A DNA stretch of 53,010 nucleotides from a virus (lineage: Duplodnaviria > Caudoviricetes). Location of the stretch: IMG/VR virus record IMGVR_UViG_3300030202_000332, positions 1-53,010 of that record. One strand, 5' to 3'. The stretch's first letter is position 1, and every line of letters starts with the position of its first letter. Below are positions 8,249-17,108 of the stretch, in pieces. A program made the position numbers and the translations under genes. The notes beneath the pieces are model-generated. The model did not search any database. It had not been told where the DNA came from and was given only the letters and a program-made list of their open reading frames with translations.

Positions 8249-8509
8249 TTAATCTATATAATCATCTTGATAATTTTCAGGTAAATAGCTTTCCATTTCT
8301 GCTATCTGCTCTGCTGTTAATTCGTTTTTATAAAAATCATTAGCTAACACAAACTTAAAGTGTTCTTTAACAACTTCAACTTGTTCTTCACTTGTATTGT
8401 TATCAGCTATTTCTAAAAGTTGGTTAGGTAGTTGAAATTTAATATTATCTATATCAGACTGCCCATAACCTTTTTCTGTTGTTATTATATTTCTTTTCAT
8501 AATTAGCAT
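8249..8509 (-). CDS. Acidic hypothetical protein downstream of fibre, possible fibre chaperone (start likely 8500)
   Basis: Position; unit A specific. Confidence 0.5.
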   Translation of the reverse strand: MLIMKRNIITTEKGYGQSDIDNIKFQLPNQLLEIADNNTSEEQVEVVKEHFKFVLANDFYKNELTAEQIAEMESYLPENYQDDYID

Positions 8510-10203
8510 TTACAATTATTACACTCTTTTATTTCTTTTATTTCACTCTTTAGCTCCTGTATAGCTTTTACTAAAACAGGTACTAATCTACCATAACTAG
8601 CTTCTAATTTATCAGGATTTTCAGAGTAAACTAATTTTAAATAGTCATTATCTACCTCTTGTAAATCTTGTGCAATAAATCCTAAATCTTTTTGTCCTAC
8701 TTTACCACCATCTCTCATATCCCAATCAAAAGTAACAGGCTTTAGTTTTTCAATTATATCTAAACCATAATTAGAATCCTCTATATTTGTTTTATCTCTT
8801 TTATCTGATAAAGCTGTAATACTCGTTACTTGGCATCTTAAAGTAGTTATAGATGCATTTCCTAAAGTTATTGTATTACTAACTGAGGTTGATGATGGCT
8901 CTGAATCATAACCTATAATAGTATTATTACTCCCTGTTATATGATCCGATCCTGCAAAATAACCTATAGCTGTATTTCTAATCCCTGTAGTTACATCAGT
9001 TAAAGCATAATTACCAACTCCTACATTAAATCCACCTGTACTACTCCCTGAAACGCCTTTTAAAACACCTTTACCTACAGCTGTAATTCCTCCACCTGTA
9101 TTAAAATATCCTGCCTCATCCCCTACACAAGTTCTTTCGCCATTTGTAGTATTAGAATAACCTGCATTATAACCTATATTAGTATTATCATTCCCTGATG
9201 TTTGTGAAAATCCTGCTTGATAACCAATACTATGATGATAACTTGAAGTGTTCAATCTTGCCGCCCTATAACCTACAACAACCACACCTGTACCACCTGC
9301 ACCACCATCCTTAGCTTGATAACCAAGAATAGTACCATTTGAGCCAGTATGATTTTCGCCTGCCTCATAACCCATTATAGTATTAGAGCTTGAGGTAGTT
9401 AGAGTTTCTCCTGCCATAACTCCTACTATTGTATTACTGCCACCTGTAGTAATATCTTTTCCTGCTTGATAACCTATAGCAATATTTCTATCTCCACCAT
9501 TTAAATCTTCTAATGCTTCATAACCTATTGCTACACATTGGTAAGAGTTGCTACCTCCTGAATTACCTTTACCTGCAAAAGCACCGATAAAAACATTTCC
9601 ATAATTATTAATGCTTGGATCAACATATCTTCCCGCTTCAGTTCCCATACATACATTGTAATTAGAATCTGTTATACCTGCTCCTGCAAACTCTCCAATA
9701 CAAAGATTATCTATTCCTGAAGTTAAATTATCTGCCGCACTTGCACCCATTACAAAATTTCCTGAAGGTGTTCCTGATAAACTTGATGGGATATTAATAA
9801 AATATGCTGAATCTGAATCTACTGATACATCACTTAAATCATTTAAAGCTGATGCTCCACCTCCACCACCTGATCCGTTGGCTGCTGCTGTTATTCTACC
9901 CTGTGCATCTACTGTAATATCTGCTGAGGTATAACTACCCGCTGACACAGCTGTATCATCTAAAGCTAGTGTAATGGTATCAGATGCACCATCAACTGTA
10001 GAGGTAAGAGCAGTTCCTCCTGCTATATCTAAAGTATCTCCTGTACTTAACACTCTAGTTCCGCCTACATCCCCTGTTATATTAAAGTCTGTAAGGTTAG
10101 ATGGGCTAATTCTTACGTTATCTGTACCATCATAACCTACAACAAAATCTACATTTGCGGTACTTGTTTTTAAATCAAATTGTGAAAATTTTTTATTTGC
10201 CAT
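8503..10203 (-). CDS. Tail fibre/spike with Gly-rich NxAIGYxA repeats and C-terminal peptidase S74 chaperone
   Basis: Tandem NIAIGYQAG-like repeats; SDKRDKTNI...GFIAQDL...LVKAIQEL. Confidence 0.85.
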   Translation of the reverse strand: MANKKFSQFDLKTSTANVDFVVGYDGTDNVRISPSNLTDFNITGDVGGTRVLSTGDTLDIAGGTALTSTVDGASDTITLALDDTAVSAGSYTSADITVDAQGRITAAANGSGGGGGASALNDLSDVSVDSDSAYFINIPSSLSGTPSGNFVMGASAADNLTSGIDNLCIGEFAGAGITDSNYNVCMGTEAGRYVDPSINNYGNVFIGAFAGKGNSGGSNSYQCVAIGYEALEDLNGGDRNIAIGYQAGKDITTGGSNTIVGVMAGETLTTSSSNTIMGYEAGENHTGSNGTILGYQAKDGGAGGTGVVVVGYRAARLNTSSYHHSIGYQAGFSQTSGNDNTNIGYNAGYSNTTNGERTCVGDEAGYFNTGGGITAVGKGVLKGVSGSSTGGFNVGVGNYALTDVTTGIRNTAIGYFAGSDHITGSNNTIIGYDSEPSSTSVSNTITLGNASITTLRCQVTSITALSDKRDKTNIEDSNYGLDIIEKLKPVTFDWDMRDGGKVGQKDLGFIAQDLQEVDNDYLKLVYSENPDKLEASYGRLVPVLVKAIQELKSEIKEIKECNNCKC

Positions 10204-10214
10204 TTTATTTTATT

Positions 10215-10379
10215 TTATTCTCTTGTTATATATGCACCTAATTCAGTAATTATATAATCACCTAGCTCAGTTAGTATCTCAAAAAACCTTGTAGGATCTA
10301 CATACTGCTCATATATATTTCCCCAAGTATCAGACACAAATCCCCAGTCTGTAGTTTCGTATATCTTACCCCACGCCAT
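10215..10379 (-). CDS. Small Trp-rich virion peptide with LTE.G..I.TE motif (54 aa; start corrected from 10463)
   Basis: MAWGKIYETTDWG aligns with the start of B 37483..37671. Confidence 0.7.
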   Translation of the reverse strand: MAWGKIYETTDWGFVSDTWGNIYEQYVDPTRFFEILTELGDYIITELGAYITRE

Positions 10380-10380
10380 T

Positions 10381-10470
10381 TTAAGTAGTATATTCATAGT
10401 AGATGTCTCCCCATCCATCCTCTTCAGGAAGCCCCCACCAAGTTGTGTTATATATATTTCCAAATGCCAT
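10381..10470 (-). CDS. 29-aa Trp-rich paralog MAFGNIYNTTWWGLPEEDGWGDIYYEYTT
   Basis: Translated by eye; repeats the WG.IY motif of the next ORF. Confidence 0.6.
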   Translation of the reverse strand: MAFGNIYNTTWWGLPEEDGWGDIYYEYTT

Positions 10471-10583
10471 TATTTATTAGTTTTATAAGTTGTTGTTATG
10501 TTTTGTGTATTATTGCTATACCAATTCATATTTAAATACTTTTTTAATTTTACTATATTTTTGTTTTTTGGTTTGTATCTCAC
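10470..10583 (-). CDS. Small basic protein (37 aa, GTG start)
   Basis: Same-length homolog 37671..37784. Confidence 0.65.
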   Translation of the reverse strand: MRYKPKNKNIVKLKKYLNMNWYSNNTQNITTTYKTNK

Positions 10584-11080
10584 AGTACCCATCCATTAAA
10601 GGTTGCATCAGTATCTGGGTAAACATCACTACCGCTATTCTGATTATACTCAGGAAATAAACCACTATTTTCACAAATATAATCTAGGAATCTGTTTGTA
10701 TAATACTCTGCGGTATTTCTAGCTTTTTGTACTAAGAAATCTACCTCTACTTTACTTACAGTTTCAGCGTTCTCGCTTGTATGTTTAAATACACCACCAT
10801 TCTTAATTTGATAAGCAGCGTAAGGTATATACTCAGCTTGAGCGTACCATATTAACATTGGTTGTAAATATTCGTTTACTAGTGTTAGATAGTTTCCTGC
10901 TAAACCTGCACCAGAAATATCAGCACCTATCTTATCATATAACTTAGTTCCTAAATAATTTTGTATCTCTATCTCTTGAGCTACTTTAATAAATTGTATA
11001 AATTTATCTGTATCTACATTACCATCTATTATAGAGTTTTTTACTAGATCTGTTCTTGTTATGAATAATACTGTAGCCAT
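10580..11080 (-). CDS. Putative head-tail adaptor/connector
   Basis: Follows portal; helical; very conserved A vs B. Confidence 0.5.
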   Translation of the reverse strand: MATVLFITRTDLVKNSIIDGNVDTDKFIQFIKVAQEIEIQNYLGTKLYDKIGADISGAGLAGNYLTLVNEYLQPMLIWYAQAEYIPYAAYQIKNGGVFKHTSENAETVSKVEVDFLVQKARNTAEYYTNRFLDYICENSGLFPEYNQNSGSDVYPDTDATFNGWVL

Positions 11081-11083
11081 CTT

Positions 11084-13018
11084 TTATCTTTTTAAATTAT
11101 CATAAGTGAATCCCATCTTATTCCAATAAGCAGCGGTATAACCCTCATACTGCATATTTCTAGGTGCTATAGCTACCTTTTTAGCATTAGTCTTAGGTTT
11201 AAAACCATCACTTATAGCTTTATTTGTGCTTACTGTATTACCTAAACTTCTATCACCATCTTTTCTAGCGTATATCTTTCTAGTGAAGCGATGAAAACAT
11301 CGAGCCCCGCCTTTGTACAGCCAGATCGAATATGTTGCTGCACCACCTTCTCCAAAGCCTGGATTAACTGCTTTATCAGTCATAGCTATAATATCCTCTT
11401 TACGATAAACTTTATTAGCTGCCATCATTTTCTTACAAAACTCTCTAGATGAATCAGCTTTACCAGGTGCTTTAGTGTACATATATCTTACTAAGTATGT
11501 AACATCATCTTTCTTTTTACTTTTCCCATCTTGCTCACTCTCTTTGTATGGAGTTGCTTTACCTACTCTAGCTAATTTTACTTCGTTGTTTAGTTGCTCA
11601 ATATTTGCATCTAATTCATCTTCTAAGTCATAGTCAACCTCGTGCTCATCTATTAAATCATACTCTTTTAATAAGTCATCTTCGTTTTCTCCTAAATCTA
11701 TGAACTTATCTAATTCAGAAAGATTTGTAACCTCTGAGTGATCTTTACAAGGCATATACCAAACCATATCACCCTCTTTGTGTTCGTGGTAACCCTCGCA
11801 TCCCATTTCTTTAGCTTTCTCTATAGCCTTTTCTTTAGTATCATAAACCTCTTGCCCATCTATCTTTTTTAGCTTAACACCTGTCTCCTCTTCTCTAGTT
11901 TCTGCATCCATTACATTAGTTAAGTCTGTAAATTCAAGTGGCTGAAGCGTTTTAAAGTATAAATGAAGCGAGATATCATTGTAGCCTAGTATTTTATCAA
12001 AAGCATTAATTAAAAGCGTTTGAAAAGGGCGTATAACCATATTATCCATTAATATGCTAGCGGTTTTTAGCTCATCAGCATTACTACCAAAGCCTGTGTT
12101 ATCTTTTACACCAAGTAGCATAGGGCTTACAACTCTATGTGCTACCATAATCTTTTTAGAACTTTCATCACTTAAAAACTGGTACTGATTGTGAGCATCA
12201 CTTAATTGAATTGGCTCGATTGTTGCAGCTGTACTCGGATCATCATTAAAAGCTAATATAAACTTACCAGCATTACTAGAGCCTGAAAATTTCTCATAGA
12301 TACGCCTTTCTATCATCTCTCTTTCTTCGGGTGATGGAGTACCATTATTCATATTAATTAACATACTAGGTGCTAAACCTTGCAAAATATTATTTAGGTG
12401 ATAATTAGATATTTCCTGTTCCAACTCGGCATATTGTGTACCTCCCTCATAATCTGGTGGTGAGTAGTATTTGTATCCTGATCTATAAGGCTTAACATAA
12501 AGTATTTCTAAGCCCTCATTAGACATACCAAAAGCAGGTATTCTTTTTAAATCATTGCCTCTACGATATTTAGCCCAGTCATTAAAGTAAAAATAAGCAG
12601 GTATCTCACCTTTCTCGTTACACTTTTCAGCCCTTAGAGTTTCTACAGGTATGTGTTCTAGTTTTACGATTCTACTTCTATCTTTAGAATAAATCACCTG
12701 TATTGCACATTGTCCCATTAATTTAAGATCAGAGCTTAATCTTCTTACTACCTCATCTTGAAATAAAGACTTCATTTGAGCGTATTCATTAGGCTTTCTA
12801 CTAGAATCAGTAGCATCTAAACCTTTTCCGTAGATCATCTCTGAAATACCATTAATAATAGCCATATTAGTAGGTGAGCCATTATACCTATCTATTAAGT
12901 ATTGAAAATAGTTATTATCTGATCCAAATTCTACCCAGTCACTTCCAGCTTTCTCCTTTACTTGAGGAGAGGTGTAAGTGCTTAAGTTAACAATACTTAA
13001 TTGTGTTTTATTTTTCAT
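11084..13018 (-). CDS. Portal protein with C-terminal Cys/His extensions
   Basis: SPTNMAII, GSSNAGK, IMVAHRV..P.LLG motifs typical of portals. Confidence 0.8.
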   Translation of the reverse strand: MKNKTQLSIVNLSTYTSPQVKEKAGSDWVEFGSDNNYFQYLIDRYNGSPTNMAIINGISEMIYGKGLDATDSSRKPNEYAQMKSLFQDEVVRRLSSDLKLMGQCAIQVIYSKDRSRIVKLEHIPVETLRAEKCNEKGEIPAYFYFNDWAKYRRGNDLKRIPAFGMSNEGLEILYVKPYRSGYKYYSPPDYEGGTQYAELEQEISNYHLNNILQGLAPSMLINMNNGTPSPEEREMIERRIYEKFSGSSNAGKFILAFNDDPSTAATIEPIQLSDAHNQYQFLSDESSKKIMVAHRVVSPMLLGVKDNTGFGSNADELKTASILMDNMVIRPFQTLLINAFDKILGYNDISLHLYFKTLQPLEFTDLTNVMDAETREEETGVKLKKIDGQEVYDTKEKAIEKAKEMGCEGYHEHKEGDMVWYMPCKDHSEVTNLSELDKFIDLGENEDDLLKEYDLIDEHEVDYDLEDELDANIEQLNNEVKLARVGKATPYKESEQDGKSKKKDDVTYLVRYMYTKAPGKADSSREFCKKMMAANKVYRKEDIIAMTDKAVNPGFGEGGAATYSIWLYKGGARCFHRFTRKIYARKDGDRSLGNTVSTNKAISDGFKPKTNAKKVAIAPRNMQYEGYTAAYWNKMGFTYDNLKR

Positions 13019-13380
13019 ATTATAATATAATCATTATCGTAAGCATCTGTGCCAGTTGGAACTGTATATGATCCATCATTAACTGAGTAGTAATCGTTGT
13101 TAGACTGATTAATAGTTTGATCTGTACAGAAAATCTTATCCTTATAAATGATACTTGCGCCATCTTTTACAGTCAAATCATAAAACCTACCCTCTACTAA
13201 TACAGGGCTTAATACTTTAGATATTACTAAATAATTCTTATTTGTTGTTGTACTTATTGATGAGTATGTAGTTGAGGTATTCGTTGAATCATCTCTTAAT
13301 ATCATACTAACAGTACCTGCATAACTTCTAGGAATTATATTTAGAGTTTGTGATGATGCTGATGTTGTTAAGTGTATCAT
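13015..13380 (-). CDS. Putative virion structural protein
   Basis: Beta-rich; in head module; homolog 40212..40577. Confidence 0.55.
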   Translation of the reverse strand: MIHLTTSASSQTLNIIPRSYAGTVSMILRDDSTNTSTTYSSISTTTNKNYLVISKVLSPVLVEGRFYDLTVKDGASIIYKDKIFCTDQTINQSNNDYYSVNDGSYTVPTGTDAYDNDYIII

Positions 13381-13386
13381 ACCTAT

Positions 13387-13410
13387 ATAACGTACTTTCT
13401 TTAGATTTTG
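13387..13410 (-). promoter_or_regulatory. Late-promoter motif CAAAA-N13-CGTTAT, 6 nt before ATG
   Basis: One of 10 copies with the same spacing. Confidence 0.8.
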
Positions 13411-13414
13411 TACA

Positions 13415-13590
13415 TAAAAAAAGAGAGGCGTATTACTACAACCTCCCTCTTATTACATTCAATCTACTACAATATACAAAAAAAAAGGGAAGTACAAAAC
13501 TTCCCCTCTAACAAAAACTAATATTTATGAAAACTTAAATTAAGTCTAAGTAAAGATATAAAAAAAAGGGATACGATTTACATACCCCTT
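13415..13590 (-). terminator. Three tandem intrinsic terminators
   Basis: Hairpin+T-run at ~13415-13451, 13478-13509, 13560-13590. Confidence 0.7.
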
Positions 13591-13617
13591 TAATTTTTCT
13601 GATTTTAATTATTCCTA

Positions 13618-14142
13618 TTAGTTAGGAGTAATTTGTGATCCCTGATTAGCTCCTGTAACTACACTCGCTTGAGTGAAGTCTGGTGCTGCTTTCTCTGTAG
13701 CTATAAATGTTAAAGAGTAACCACTCTTATCTCCCATAGCTGCTCCTGTTCCAAAAGTACCTGTAGTTAATTCAGCTCCGTTCTCTTTACCTAGTAAGAA
13801 GTAGTTTCCATTGTAATCCTCTACCCAAATATGTGGGCGAGCTATTGCAAGAAGTCTTAATTCATCCTGAGTATCTTTATCTAAGAAAGTAAAGTTAAGA
13901 GTAAGGGTGCTTTCATAAAAAGTAGTACCATTGTCTCTAGAGCTTGTTACAGTAGTTTCTAAAGATGAATCACCTTTTAAATCAAACTGATATACGGTAG
14001 GAGTACCAGAAATAGCTGTAATCTCAAAAGAAGTGATTGTAATAGTGCCTAATCCACCAAAGTCAGTGAAATAAACACTTTTTAAACCACCTACTGCTGA
14101 TTTACAGGGTACTGTTCTACCATTAGTTAATAAACAAGCCAT
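13618..14142 (-). CDS. Major tail tube protein
   Basis: MAC..GR..PCK..GG.K..YF; follows capsid; Thr/Gly-rich. Confidence 0.7.
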   Translation of the reverse strand: MACLLTNGRTVPCKSAVGGLKSVYFTDFGGLGTITITSFEITAISGTPTVYQFDLKGDSSLETTVTSSRDNGTTFYESTLTLNFTFLDKDTQDELRLLAIARPHIWVEDYNGNYFLLGKENGAELTTGTFGTGAAMGDKSGYSLTFIATEKAAPDFTQASVVTGANQGSQITPN

Positions 14143-14158
14143 ATTCTAAAGTTATTAT

Positions 14159-14183
14159 AAAAAGGGTAGCCTAAACCACCCCT
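14159..14183 (-). terminator. Terminator/attenuator after capsid gene
   Basis: GGGTGGTTTAGGCTACCC+T run; compensatory variant at 41342-41368. Confidence 0.65.
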
Positions 14184-14196
14184 CTTAGATTAGTTA

Positions 14197-15126
14197 TTAT
14201 GAATAGTAAACAATATCTGCTCCTACTCCAATTTGACATCCTGCTGTATATCTCATAATTACTCTAACATTCTGAGATCCATCTTTGTCAGCCATATCAA
14301 TAAATCGAACTTCATTAATATCTGAGACTAAGCCCGTGCCAAAGAAAAGGTTGCTTTTGTAAGTAAGAAGCATTTTGTTGTTACCCATTCCGTTACAAAC
14401 AAATACTGGAATACCTTCAAAAGTTAATTGTGCTCCATTAGAATACCAAGATGTACCTTGATTGTCGATACCAGCTGCACCTAAACCTGCTGTTCCAAAA
14501 CCTCCTAAAGCTCTAATATAAGCTCTAGCTACATTTGTTGATACATAAAGAGTTAAGTCTGATTTCTGTAATGTTTGCTTATTAGCAGCATCTACTACAG
14601 CTCCCATTTGTGCAATTACATTAGCTGAATCAACAGCTACTGCTGCTACATCTACTACAGTTGCATCAGCTAAAGCTAAGTTTTGAAAACCATCAAAGTC
14701 ATCAGCACCTGCTGCACCTGCCCAGATAGAAGTTTCTAAAGCATCTGCTACTTGAGCAGCTACTCTTGAGATTACATAATCCTCAAAAGAAGCAGGAATA
14801 TCAGCATAAGCTGAAAAACCCAGCTCAATCGCTTGCCATTCATCTCTAAGCTCTTTTTTACATAACTGAGCGTTAGCTTGAAGTTCTTTAGTTTCTAAAA
14901 CTTTCTCTGTTAAAGTAAGCGTTGTTGTTGTTGCATCAAAGTCACACGATGCACCTTTTACTACGTTTGCCCAAGCACCTACCTGAATTACAGATTTGTA
15001 CTTTACATTAGGCATAATTGTCACTGCTCCTGCATCTAAAGTTGATGCACTAAGCAACGCACTGCCTATAATTTTACCACTAAATTCACCTGCGTAAGTT
15101 CCAGCGGTATAAGTTGGATTTGCCAT
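14197..15126 (-). CDS. Major capsid protein
   Basis: Size, position after scaffold, very high conservation between A and B. Confidence 0.8.
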   Translation of the reverse strand: MANPTYTAGTYAGEFSGKIIGSALLSASTLDAGAVTIMPNVKYKSVIQVGAWANVVKGASCDFDATTTTLTLTEKVLETKELQANAQLCKKELRDEWQAIELGFSAYADIPASFEDYVISRVAAQVADALETSIWAGAAGADDFDGFQNLALADATVVDVAAVAVDSANVIAQMGAVVDAANKQTLQKSDLTLYVSTNVARAYIRALGGFGTAGLGAAGIDNQGTSWYSNGAQLTFEGIPVFVCNGMGNNKMLLTYKSNLFFGTGLVSDINEVRFIDMADKDGSQNVRVIMRYTAGCQIGVGADIVYYS

Positions 15127-15138
15127 TTTTAATTAATT

Positions 15139-15759
15139 TTAATTATTATACATTTTACTTAATACACGATCTAAAGAAGTCTGCGCTCTTTTTTGTGCAT
15201 ACTTTAGATTGATCTTTTTGTTATCCACTTCTGGATTATGAGAAATAGCTTCAGCAGCTGGAGTTTCTGATAACTCTTGCTTAACTTGCTCCTCAACTTT
15301 TTCAAAATCTTCTTTTTCTCCCATCTTAGATTTTAAATCTGCAATAGCATCTTCAAGATTTTTAATTCTTTTTTCCATACCTTCCCAATCATATACAGCA
15401 GCCTCTTTGCCATCATCTTCTAATTCCTCTTCTTTCATCTCATCTTCTTTTTGTGGTACATCATCTGATACAACTCTGTAATCAGCAATAATACCCTCTT
15501 CTTCAACTACTAAAAGTTTACCATCTTCCATTACATACTCTCCGATTGGCATAGCTACTTTCTCATCATCAGTTACGATAAATATTTCATCACCTTTTTC
15601 AAATGAGCTAGATTCAACGATTGTTCCGTTTTCAAGTTTAGCCTGAGCTAACTCTACTTTAACCTCTTCTTGAGTTTCTTTTAACTCAACAGGGTTTTTT
15701 TCTATCTCCTCTTCCCCAAGGAAAGTCTTGATATTGTTTAAAATTTCTGTTGCTTTCAT
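15139..15759 (-). CDS. Capsid scaffolding protein
   Basis: Acidic; LENGT..GEY..EDG..L.V.EEG motif; coiled coil; precedes MCP. Confidence 0.65.
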   Translation of the reverse strand: MKATEILNNIKTFLGEEEIEKNPVELKETQEEVKVELAQAKLENGTIVESSSFEKGDEIFIVTDDEKVAMPIGEYVMEDGKLLVVEEEGIIADYRVVSDDVPQKEDEMKEEELEDDGKEAAVYDWEGMEKRIKNLEDAIADLKSKMGEKEDFEKVEEQVKQELSETPAAEAISHNPEVDNKKINLKYAQKRAQTSLDRVLSKMYNN

Positions 15760-15765
15760 ATTACT

Positions 15766-15789
15766 ATAACGTGTTTAAATTTATATTTG
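15766..15789 (-). promoter_or_regulatory. Late-promoter motif CAAAT-N13-CGTTAT, 6 nt before ATG
   Basis: Repeat motif. Confidence 0.8.
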
Positions 15790-15798
15790 TATTTTTGA

Positions 15799-15942
15799 TT
15801 AAGTTGTTTTAGTTATGTTCCCAATACCTTGCGCTCTTATGCTACCATCACAGCACTTTACATTGTAAGTGTTGTCCTCACACAAACAACCTCTTCTGCC
15901 TCCTCTAGGGCTTGATTTACCTGGTATAAATACTTTTCTCAT
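15799..15942 (-). CDS. Cys-rich peptide (47 aa, RRGCLC...CC.G...QGIG)
   Basis: Translated by eye; homolog 42949..43095. Confidence 0.75.
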   Translation of the reverse strand: MRKVFIPGKSSPRGGRRGCLCEDNTYNVKCCDGSIRAQGIGNITKTT

Positions 15943-16058
15943 CTACCTTGTCCTTTATATATTTTTTTGTATCCTGTTTGTCCTACACTCGCATTCTTAC
16001 TATGCGGATGTGATTTTCTTTTTGGTTTTATATATCCTCTAACTATATTTCTAGCCAT
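15939..16058 (-). CDS. Basic peptide (39 aa, ends YKGQGR)
   Basis: Translated by eye; homolog 43092..43211. Confidence 0.75.
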   Translation of the reverse strand: MARNIVRGYIKPKRKSHPHSKNASVGQTGYKKIYKGQGR

Positions 16059-17077
16059 TATTTAATAGGAATACAATTAGGTACTAACTTTCCATTTTTC
16101 ATTTTCATTCCGTACTGCTCGTATCCTGCTGTGCAAGGTTTCTTAAGATCTATTAAGTCTAATTCTTTTAACTTTGCAAAGCTCCATCTCTTAGCAGCTA
16201 AACCACCCCAAAGTAAATAAGATATAGTACCACACGCCTCTTTATCTGACTCATCATAATACTCCTCAGCTCTACTTAGATAGGAGTACATTCTTTTTAT
16301 AGTTTCTATGCTTATTGCTTTGCCTTGAGCAAGTTGTTTAGCTCGTATCTTGCCAACTTGAGTAGCACACTTGTTATTTATTTTTTCGTTTAGCTTTATG
16401 CCTCTTTTTGCATTGTTTTTTACCGCATCTGGGTAATCAGTATAAGATTCTAACTCTCTTCTCTTACCACCCTTTACTCTACCATCATCTTTTACGATAG
16501 ATCTAATTACTGATAGCATCTCTGCTGCCTCTTCCTCTTCAAAGTCATTTACAGGCTCTTGAGGGCGTTCAGCTTTATCTGCAAAGTAACCCTCGATACT
16601 AAATCCTTTTACTTTTCCTGTTTTTACATATTCATCCCATACCTCATCAGAGTTAACCTTAACTGCACCCATCCAAGTACCTACAGGTACATCTAATCCA
16701 TACTTTCTAGATTTATCGTGTACATCATCTTCTACTAACCAAGATTCTACTAAAGTCAATCCTTGCAAACTATGCTGATGCTCTAGTGTAGTATTGTTTT
16801 GTTTACCATTCATTAAATACAACTGAGATGCTTTCTCTATTGTTTTTTTTGAGAAATAGATATAATACTCTTCCTCTCCACTCTTTCTGTATATTGGTTT
16901 ATTAGGTACTAGTAATGCACCCATTAAGATTCGCTTCTCGTTTGATACTTCTGCTAATTTAACCTCCTGTGATTTAAGGGCTATAAAATCTTCCTCTATA
17001 GCTGGTGATTCCACTAAAGAAATAGCTTCTATCCCTGAAAATACATTGTCACCTAAAATAAGTTCTATAATCTTCAT
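16058..17077 (-). CDS. Prohead protease (XkdF-like) with C-terminal extra domains
   Basis: ISLVESPAIEEDF, LVESW, GTW, VKTGKVKGFSIEG. Confidence 0.75.
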   Translation of the reverse strand: MKIIELILGDNVFSGIEAISLVESPAIEEDFIALKSQEVKLAEVSNEKRILMGALLVPNKPIYRKSGEEEYYIYFSKKTIEKASQLYLMNGKQNNTTLEHQHSLQGLTLVESWLVEDDVHDKSRKYGLDVPVGTWMGAVKVNSDEVWDEYVKTGKVKGFSIEGYFADKAERPQEPVNDFEEEEAAEMLSVIRSIVKDDGRVKGGKRRELESYTDYPDAVKNNAKRGIKLNEKINNKCATQVGKIRAKQLAQGKAISIETIKRMYSYLSRAEEYYDESDKEACGTISYLLWGGLAAKRWSFAKLKELDLIDLKKPCTAGYEQYGMKMKNGKLVPNCIPIK

Positions 17078-17083
17078 ATTATT

Positions 17084-17107
17084 ATAACGTTTAATTTATT
17101 TTTTTTG
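17084..17107 (-). promoter_or_regulatory. Late-promoter motif CAAAA-N13-CGTTAT, 6 nt before ATG
   Basis: Repeat motif. Confidence 0.8.
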
Positions 17108-17108
17108 T

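Noticed and set aside
8930-9760. Tandem repeats in the A fibre as a CRISPR array or DGR variable repeat
   Set aside because: These are degenerate protein-level repeats. There are no identical DNA repeats with spacers, no reverse transcriptase and no adenine-specific TR/VR pair.
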